Below are positions 7,696-16,800 of a DNA stretch of 55,830 nt, piece after piece. The notes beneath the pieces were generated by a model. It was not told the DNA's origin, did not search any database, and saw only the letters and a list, made by a program, of their open reading frames with translations. Positions within the stretch are counted from its first letter, which is position 1, and every line of letters starts with the position of its first letter. Origin of the DNA: a virus (taxonomy: Duplodnaviria > Caudoviricetes); IMG/VR virus record IMGVR_UViG_3300033273_000350, positions 1 through 55,830 of that record; one strand, written 5' to 3'. The position numbers and the translations under genes were made by a program.

Positions 7696-9185
7696 AAATT
7701 GTAATTGTTGGTGGTGGAACTGTTGGTTGGTTGACTACCTTTGTGATGTCAAAAATTAGACCAAAACATCAGTATATTAATATCACCAGTTCCGACATTC
7801 CAACCATTGGTGTTGGGGAAGGAATTACTGGATTGTTTAGGAGAATTCTGACAGATCCTTTTTATGAAATTGACGAGTATGATTTTTTTGTAAAAACAAA
7901 ATCAGTTCCAAAACTTTCAATTAAATTTGATGGATGGAATAGTAACAACACTTCTTTCTTTCATCCTATTGAAGGAACGATAACATCTGATAAATTTATT
8001 GATACTGCATTATTTTACAGCATTCTAAAAGGATATGATGTTGATGATTGCAGTAAGACTGGGTATCTTTCTAATAGAAATAAAATCAACTTTGAACTTT
8101 CTAACGGCAAAGTAAATATCCATGACCCAGGACTACATGCTTATCATGTTGACAATGAGGAAGTTGGAAAGTATTTTAAAAATCTCTCATTAAAAAATAA
8201 AGTTACTTGTATCGATGCAAAAATCGATGAGGTGATTTGTGAAAATAATAAAATTAAATCAATTATCCTTTCTTCTGGCGAAGAAATAACCGCAGATTTT
8301 TTTGTTGATTGTAGTGGTTCAAAAAAAGTATTAATCAAAAATCTCTCAGATAAAATCGTTGACTACAACAAATATCTGCCTCTAAATGAAGCACTACTTT
8401 ATAGTGTTGATGAGTCTGATAGTGGCATACCTCCATACACATCATCAACAACAATGAATAGTGGATGGAAATTTAAAATACAAAAATCTAATTCTATTGG
8501 CAGAGGATATATTTACTCAAATTCGTTTTCAAATGAAAATAGAGTTTTGCAAGAGTTGAATAATTTTTATGGTAAAAATGTAAAGCATATAAAGACAGTC
8601 AAATTTAATAATACTAGACAGAAAGAATGTTTTTCTGGAAATTGTTTAGCACTGGGTCAATCTAATTACTCTGTCGAACCTCTACAAGCAACTGGAGTTC
8701 ACTGTGCATTAGTTCAATTAAACGATTTTATGAGAAATTGTTTTAGTGATGATATCACTATAATGCTGAATAGTGTTGCTGTAAAAAAGTACAACGAACG
8801 AGTTGCAAAAATTTGTGATGATCTAGTAGATTTTATAATGGTTCATTATACTGGCGGAAAAACCAATACTGATTTTTGGAAATATGTTACATATGATAAA
8901 CCAGTGTCAGATAAAGTTTCTGACATTTTAGATCTGGCAAAAACTAGATTAACTAGGTGGGATGATTTTGATACTTATTATGGATGTGCCAATCAAATTC
9001 TTTGGAATTCAACTCTAGCTGGACTTGGACACTTTAAAAAAGAAACCATACAACAAGTTTTTTCAACTTGGGGATTATATGAAGACATGTTAGAACAAGA
9101 ACTGCAGGAACACATTTTAGAAATGAGAAATCTTAGTTCTGTTTGTTCCAACACAAAATCAGTATTAGAAGTTCTTTTGAAATAA
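7692..9185 (+). CDS. Flavin-dependent tryptophan-halogenase-like protein (PrnA family)
   Basis: KIVIVGGGTVGW (GxGxxG), IGVGEG, PKLSIKFDGW (Lys at the PrnA catalytic position), AYHVD, ADFFVDCSG, EPLQATG. The WxWxIP motif is degenerate (GWKFKIQ). Confidence 0.85.
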   Translation: MKIVIVGGGTVGWLTTFVMSKIRPKHQYINITSSDIPTIGVGEGITGLFRRILTDPFYEIDEYDFFVKTKSVPKLSIKFDGWNSNNTSFFHPIEGTITSDKFIDTALFYSILKGYDVDDCSKTGYLSNRNKINFELSNGKVNIHDPGLHAYHVDNEEVGKYFKNLSLKNKVTCIDAKIDEVICENNKIKSIILSSGEEITADFFVDCSGSKKVLIKNLSDKIVDYNKYLPLNEALLYSVDESDSGIPPYTSSTTMNSGWKFKIQKSNSIGRGYIYSNSFSNENRVLQELNNFYGKNVKHIKTVKFNNTRQKECFSGNCLALGQSNYSVEPLQATGVHCALVQLNDFMRNCFSDDITIMLNSVAVKKYNERVAKICDDLVDFIMVHYTGGKTNTDFWKYVTYDKPVSDKVSDILDLAKTRLTRWDDFDTYYGCANQILWNSTLAGLGHFKKETIQQVFSTWGLYEDMLEQELQEHILEMRNLSSVCSNTKSVLEVLLK

Positions 9186-9186
9186 T

Positions 9187-9777
9187 ATGGAATATCAGTG
9201 GTATCTAAATGTAGAAAATAATGTACCTTGGGTAAAAGCAGAATCTGTATTTACAGATTTTGAAATAAAAAAAATTATAGAGATTGGTAAAGACCCAGAA
9301 AGATCAACACCAACAGAAGCAAAACTTGGACTTGATGGCACTAAAGATTCAAAATATAGAAAATGCAATCTGTCATGGATACGTTCTGACCTAAAGGATA
9401 ATCAATGGATCTTTAGGCACCTTTCAGATGTTCTAAATGAAATAAACAAATTTCATTTTAAGTTTGATGTTGATATGATACAAAATCTTCAATTCACAGA
9501 ATATACTTCAGACGGAGATTTTTATGGAAAACATTTAGATCTTGGTTATGAAGAATCTAGACCAAGAAAAATCAGTTTTAGTATTCAACTTTCAGATCCA
9601 TCTGAATATTCTGGTGGTGAATTAAATTTATACTACGAAAACTCCCCAGAAATTGCAGATAAAAAAAGGGGATGCCTTACAGCATTCCCCTCTTATGTTC
9701 TTCATGAAGTAACACCAGTTACACAAGGAACCAGATATGCTCTAGTTGGTTGGGTATCTGGTCCTAAATTTAAATAA
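9187..9777 (+). CDS. 2OG-Fe(II) oxygenase, prolyl-4-hydroxylase/PKHD-like
   Basis: LQFTEY, HLD (HxD), RKISFSIQLSDPSEYSGGEL, FPSYVLHEVTPVTQGTRYALVGWVSGP. Confidence 0.88.
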   Translation: MEYQWYLNVENNVPWVKAESVFTDFEIKKIIEIGKDPERSTPTEAKLGLDGTKDSKYRKCNLSWIRSDLKDNQWIFRHLSDVLNEINKFHFKFDVDMIQNLQFTEYTSDGDFYGKHLDLGYEESRPRKISFSIQLSDPSEYSGGELNLYYENSPEIADKKRGCLTAFPSYVLHEVTPVTQGTRYALVGWVSGPKFK

Positions 9778-10803
9778 TCAATAAGGCCAAGAGATAACAA
9801 TTCTTCCAGGGGATCCTGTAGCATCTGTGTTTCCTCCAGTTCCTGCACCTTGGTTGTCAACATCTGCATTATTACCAGGGCTTCCAGGATTAGATCCACC
9901 ACTACCACCACTAATTAGAACTGCTGATGTAACGGAACCAGCGGTATATCCTGATCCACCACCGCCGCCACCCATGTCGAGTGGTTCTTGATAGCAACCT
10001 GCACCACCGCCGTAGTATCCTCCTCCACCACCAGCTCCATATCCAGAAGTGCAATCTCCTCCACTTAACTGACCAGCATTAGCTGTACAGTTACTGCTTC
10101 CAGCACTTCCCTGAGATCCACCACCACCGTTGTTGTTTGAATAATTAGATGTTCCAGAAGCACCATTGGTGCCACCACCGCCTCCACCGTTACAGGAGTT
10201 TGGGTTTCTAGTAGCACCACCGCCACCGCCTCCACCAGCGACTAGTAGTGCTCTAGAGAAAGAACCAGTTTGTGGATTAGATCCAGAGAATACTGAGTTA
10301 CCACCAGTAAATAAACCAGAAAGACCACCACCAGATCCAGGACCCCAAGTATTTTTTGCTTTACCTCCACCACCATACGTTCTCGATGGAGACCTTTGAA
10401 TTCCAGCTTGACCAACAACAATGGTGTATGCAGTTCCTGGTACAACATCAAGGTTTCCAGAACAATGCCCACCGCCACCAGCTCTTCCACCATCAGACCA
10501 TCCAGAGGTGCCGCCGCCTCCGCCGCCGCCTCCCCAGACTTTAACTTTAATCTTGGTGACAGAATCTGGAACAGTCCAAGATTGATCTGATCCAGTATAA
10601 ACAAATGCTTGTGATCCAACTGGGTGATCTTCTTGTCCAGGGACATCAACCCAATCAGCGCCATTATAAATTTTTAATTTTCCATCATCACTGTCCCAAA
10701 CAGTCAATCCAACCTCACCTGTTGGTAAGTTTGCAGTTGTATAAGAGGGGAATTTTACACCAGTTCCAGTGGCGTTTAATCTTCCAACATTTAGTTCCGA
10801 CAT
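9778..10803 (-). CDS. Glycine-rich fibre-tip/adhesin-like protein
   Basis: N-terminal fibre-type segment PTGEVGLTVWDSDDGKLKIYNGADW, then VKVWGGGGGGGG and many polyglycine tracts (GGGGGYYGGG); directly downstream of the giant fibre gene. Confidence 0.7.
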   Translation of the reverse strand: MSELNVGRLNATGTGVKFPSYTTANLPTGEVGLTVWDSDDGKLKIYNGADWVDVPGQEDHPVGSQAFVYTGSDQSWTVPDSVTKIKVKVWGGGGGGGGTSGWSDGGRAGGGGHCSGNLDVVPGTAYTIVVGQAGIQRSPSRTYGGGGKAKNTWGPGSGGGLSGLFTGGNSVFSGSNPQTGSFSRALLVAGGGGGGGATRNPNSCNGGGGGGTNGASGTSNYSNNNGGGGSQGSAGSSNCTANAGQLSGGDCTSGYGAGGGGGYYGGGAGCYQEPLDMGGGGGGSGYTAGSVTSAVLISGGSGGSNPGSPGNNADVDNQGAGTGGNTDATGSPGRIVISWPY

Positions 10804-10828
10804 AGTTTTAAAGAAAAAGTTTTACAAC

Positions 10829-13800
10829 TTAGTAAATTGTCCAAGAAGTACCAGCACCAACTGTTACTACATTTCCACTATTTATAGTGATTTGACCGTA
10901 ACTGTATAGAATTGAGTTCTGTGGTGTGGTTAAAGTTTCATTGATGGATGTTCCAGCAATATTTATAATTCCGCTAGCATCAATCCACTTAACAATGCCA
11001 TTGACATAGAGAGCACCAGTAACGTTGAAGTCTCCATCAACATCTAATGTGTAAGCAGGATCTGCTTTATTAATACCGACAGCAGACAATCTGTAGATAT
11101 CATTGCCATTAGACGCTTCTGTCCATCTTGAAGTAACGAATTCTGCATTATCTTGGAATAGTTGACCATTGATATTGACATCACCCTGAACATTTAAAAT
11201 ATAGTCTCTATTGACTGGGTTTGATGGATCAGTATTATCTACACCAGAGAATGCAGTTGTGTTTATAGCAGTAGCATTGGTAGAACCATTAAATGCAAGA
11301 ACTGGTGCTTGTGGAGTTGCTAGAGCAGTTCTCCAATCAACTCCACCAAGAGAATCGGAAGCGGAGATCTCGAATACATCAGCACCAGAGTTTAGTGCGT
11401 TACCAAATCTCCAGCTTCTACCGCCACCTGCTCCAGATCCTGCGCCCAAGAACTGAACTTCAGCACCATTATTTCCACTACCATCACTAATCTTGACAGA
11501 ATCTTTTGCATCAATAACAGCACCAAAAATAGTTGCCCAACGTTTTGAAACAGTACCTAAATGCTGTGTCTCTGTTGCTCCAGGGTACGTGTCACCAGAG
11601 TTGCTAATTCTGAGTCTTTCTGCGTTTGAAGAAATGCCAGTCTTAGTTCTGAAAATTAGGTCACCAACATTTGCTGAGCCTCTTTCAGCTGAAATTCCCC
11701 ATTCTGCTGGATCTCCAGCAGTAGTTCCATGACGGAGAACCATACCAGATTCACCACCGTTGGCAGCATTCCAAACAGTAAACTTGTATTGTGAAGTTTG
11801 TACCGCAAGTGCATTATTTGCTACATATGTGCCGCTGCCATCATCTGAATATACATTGAATATAGAGGGACCACTAGTTGTACTTCCGACAGTTGTTTTA
11901 GCATTAGTAGAATCTACATATAAAGTTCCAGCATTAACAGTTAAATCATCTTCTACCGTTACAGAAGCAAGGAAATCTGATCTACCAGAAACACTAAGTG
12001 CCTGGTCTGCTTCGGCAACATTAGTGATCAGGAGAGCACCAGTCATAGTGTCTCCAGTCTTCAATACGTTATCTGAAGCAGCACCTGTTAGATCTGCTGT
12101 GATTGTTCCAGCAGCAAAATCGCCATTGGTGTCTCTCATTACAGCAGACTTGAGAGATGCTGTAGATGCTACGTTGGTGGAATTGAAATTAACGTTGCCT
12201 GCGTTCCAAATAATAGATGAATTTACAGTGAATTCATTTTCATCTACAACAATAACATTAATTGAGCCAGAACCTTCGGTCGCATCACCACCACTTGCAA
12301 CAATTGCAGAGTTAAATGTCGGTGCATTGTTGTTATCTAAAGCAGGAGCAGCAGAAGAATTAAAATGAATGTAGGGAGTAGATGCAATGTTATTTCTTCT
12401 ACCCAATCTTACAAATCCATTACCAGCATTATTACCAATTTCTGCTGGTGTATACATGTTATTGTCTTCATTCAATGCATATGCATCAAATCGTCTTTGG
12501 ATATTTGCAGTTCCAAGAAAAACAGCATTGGTGAAGCTACCACCAGAAGACAACCTCCCTTCTAAGATAGTATAACTTTCTGCCGAATCATTTGCATCAA
12601 TGTGTTGGATAGCATTGTCAACAAAGAAATCACCAACGTTACCAGCGCCAGTGTTGTCGTATAGATTGATGCCACCAGGATATCCAATTCTATAAATTCC
12701 AGTTGCACTGATATCTAATACGTCTCTAAAGAAGATTCTATAAGAAGTATCTGTTCCATTATAAGATTTAAGTTCAATTTTATTTCTAAATTTGGTTGTA
12801 TCTAAGAATCTTGGTAAATACGTTTCCCAGAGTTGCTGAGGATCATTAGTTTTTGGATCATTAATATTGAGGTTCCATGGTTGCTGATACCAAGTTCCTT
12901 GTTTTGTGTCAAGTAAGTCAGCATTTGGACCTAAACCAGATACAGCATTTCCAGGACCATCATTTTCAGAAGTCCAGACTTTCGCCCAGTTACCAAATTG
13001 GTTCAGTACAGCACCAGAACCACGGAGGTAGATGTTATCATCATTACCAAATGCAAGTTGTCTTACACCACCGCCATTAACAGTTGAAGTATCACCAGCA
13101 GTTCTGATTGACATTACCAAATGCTTATTTGCATTTTGGATTCCAGAAACAACTTGAGGATATGCTGTGGAAAGACCGTCAGCAGTATCAAAAACGGTTC
13201 TCATTGTTAAACCGTTTGTAAATTCAAATGGAGCTCCATTTGAATTGGGGTTTTGGTCATTGGTGTTTACTTTGTCCGTTTCACCAGAACTACCAAGGAC
13301 ATTAAAGTCATAATCAACTTTTTTCTGCATTTGCAGAGGTCCGATGGAATCTTGGTAGAAGTTTTGTCCATCCAGATAAACCGAACCTTGTGCGCCGTCA
13401 AGTAAGTCAGCGTCTAGTCCACTAGCAATTGTATTTGACTGATCTTTCAGTGTAACTGAACCATTTGATCCAATTTCAAACTGAACTTTATTAAATCTAG
13501 CAACACCTGCAGTACCAAATGGATCTGCTGAAATTGTTGCGTCAGTTACTCTATCAACATCAAGACCAATGAAACCATGAGATCTTGTTGAGGTAGTTGT
13601 TTTTGCTTCTAATACAGCGTTACTTCCTGGTCCAATTTCTGTTGGAATAGTAATAGTAAAATCGCCATTTAGTGAAGCACTTTCATACTTCTGGAAGTTA
13701 GAACCAGCATTTGTAATGGTTACACTTTCGATAGAACCATTTGAATCTACGACAATATTAGCTTCAAGTCCGATACCATTTCCAACATTTGCACCCGTAA

Positions 13801-16800
13801 GTTCAATGTTTTTATAATCTCCAGGAGTGTATCCAGTACCAGCATTTGCAATTAAAATCTCGGCAACAAAGTCACTCTTAGTTTGTAATGAATCAATCTT
13901 GACTGGAGATGGATTGCGGAAAAACTCGATAAAAGTTCCTGCCGTAATTGTTACACCACTAGTGATTGGGTTGTTTAGAGCAATTGTTGTCAAACCACCC
14001 GTGCTGGCAATACCATTGATTGTTGTACCAGCAGGAATACCTGTAACACTTTCACTTACATCATGTCCAACAACAGCATCATCAATAATATCTGCTTCAT
14101 TAAAAATTAACTGACTAGAACCTCCAACTGCGTTTGCTACAATAGGAGCGAAGTATCTTCTTTCAGCACCTTTAACAGTTTGTACTGCTGGAGCATATCT
14201 GGTGTCGCCACGCAAGAATGTAAAGGAGTTTGCTGATCCTGTACCCAGAAGCGTAGAACTAATAACATTACCAGCAGTCGCTGTAAGATCTCCAATATTA
14301 ACAGCTTGGGCAGAAAGAGATACCCAGTTAGCATTATCAAAAGCGGATGTGTTAACAGCTCTATTGATGTTGATAACATTTGCTGGTACTGAATTGTCAT
14401 CAATAGAATCAGTATCTTCAATTTTAATATTATTGATGATATCACCATACAGTCTACTTTCAATAAACGCATCTGCTGTTGCTTGGGTGCCACTACCAGG
14501 AGGTGCAGCAATGGTAACAGTTGGTGCTGAGGTATAACCATAACCACCATAATATCCAGCATTCTCTGTGATGGTTAGTGTGACAACTTCACCACCAGCA
14601 ATTGTACAAACTGCAGTTGCTAGAACTCCAGTTCCACCTGGGGAAGCAATCGTTACTGTTGGAGCAGTTGTATATCCAGATCCACCATTTGTAATGTTAA
14701 GTTGATATACAACACCTTGTCTATATTCAGTTGCTTGGATTCTTCCTCCAGTTGGAGTTCCTGTATAAACTCCACCAACTCCGTTGTTGCTAAATGTTAG
14801 GGTTGGATCTACGGGGAATCCAAGGAACAAACTATCATTGTCATTGTTCAGAATGAATGAAGCTTGTGTGTCTTGCTGAATTGCGATATCACCAGCAAGT
14901 GCTCCTTCTAGAGCAAGTCTTCCCGCTTGATCGGCAACTGTGTAGACACTGAATGGTCTGAGTGCTGGGATCTGATCTAGAGAAATCTTACCAGAATCTG
15001 TAAGTTCAACCAGAGATCTTGGAACAGCATTTGTAGAGTATGGTTTGTTGATGTATGCACCAAGATTGTTGGTGATAAAATCTCTAACTGCCTTTTGTGT
15101 TGGTAGTTTAGAGTCAGATGTATTTGCTCCACCAAGGGTGTTATCAGCAGAGAATCCAGTAACAACAACAGTACCACCCTTCAATTTCAAGAATTCAACT
15201 TCAGAGATGGTAACTGTACCCGTGAAGGTAATAGCACCAGTTCTGTTTTCGATTCTTGCAAATGTACCAACCTTAAAGTCTCCAAGTTCATCAGTACCAG
15301 AGACATAAACACGACCATAGTTTTGATTGGGTCCGTCCACTTGTTCATACGCTTCAATCTTGGTGCCACCATTTTCTGGTAGTGCATTATATGAAATACC
15401 TGCACCAGCATATTCCCATGTGTGGGAAGAAGAGTTAACAATAGAAGGTCTATGGAAAGCAATTGTGGAATTAGCAGAACCAGCAGGTGTTAACTCTTGC
15501 TGTAGTGCTGTTAAACCACTAATGGTTGCTCCATCAGAATCTCTAACCAGTACAAGAGGATCATTACCATCACCATTTGCTAATGTGATAGTTGCTGTAA
15601 ATGGTGCTGCAACAGAGACAGCACTTACATCATCAATAAAGAATTCAATGTTGCTTGCCTGTGTTGAGTAACCAGGAATCTTGGCAATGTAATGCTCCAG
15701 CGGAGCTCTACCAAGACCAGTGAGAATCATGGTAGTTCTACCAGCAGCAGTCTGACTAATTGATTGAATCGTTGCTTGGTCAAAAGAATAAGCATCTCTT
15801 CTAAATCCGTTTGCTCTCAGTGCATATACACCAAAGTTTGTTGCAGAGTTGGTAATAGATGCATAACCACCACTCTCAGCTAAGACACCATCTTGACAGA
15901 AGATACAGAAAACCGAAACCAACTGAACATATCCATCATTCTTAATACGATATCCAGTTCCACCTTGAGACACAATAGTGAATGCTGCAGCAACCATGGA
16001 TTTACCTTGGTTGGGGAATGATGCAGAACCGTCGTCTTCTAGACCAGGGAAAGGACAGTTAGGTTGCTTAACCTTATCTCCATCAATTTCAGCGCCGCTA
16101 CCACCAGCAGAAGAGATTACAGAAGCATTCTGAGTGTATGGTGATGCTTCAATGATTGGGTAGTCATCGTAGTCGGCACGAACTGCCATTCTGGTTCCCT
16201 GTGTATCGTAGATATAACTATCTGGATACGTAATAATCTGTACGGTATCGTATAGAGTTCCGAAAGTTTGCGTAGTAGATCCAGGAACAATAGCAGTTCC
16301 ACTTGATGGATTTTCTGCATATTCCAAAATACCATCCAACAATGCCATCTCTGTATTGATGGTTGATTCAACATTAGCACAAGCAAGAGCAGGAGTGCTG
16401 GAAGAATAAGCAGTTACAGAATCTGCGCTTGTTCTTACAAATGTATGTACAGATTGTGGAGAATGTGATACAGCGTTATTGGTAGCACCCTCAAAATAAT
16501 GTGTAGATTGTGGTTCGTGCTTGATTGCTTGTGCTGTAGCACTAACAAATGTATGTACAGAACCAGCAGCAGTGCCAGCACCGCCAACATTGATAGTAAA
16601 TGTACCATCTTGACGCTCAAGACCATTAGCAGATGCACTTACAAACGTATGAGTACCAGTGTAAGAAGAAGGACCAATGTTAATATCAAACGTATTTGTG
16701 GTGACGTTAGAAATTTCTAACCAGCGACCCGATGGGTAATCATATCCAGCACGAGGATAAGACTTCTGTACTGTATTGCCATCTAGAACACATGTATATG

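Noticed and set aside
9778-10803. Collagen-like substrate for the neighbouring prolyl-hydroxylase-like enzyme
   Set aside because: The Gly runs are polyglycine tracts rather than sustained Gly-X-Y triplets, so a collagen link is unsupported.
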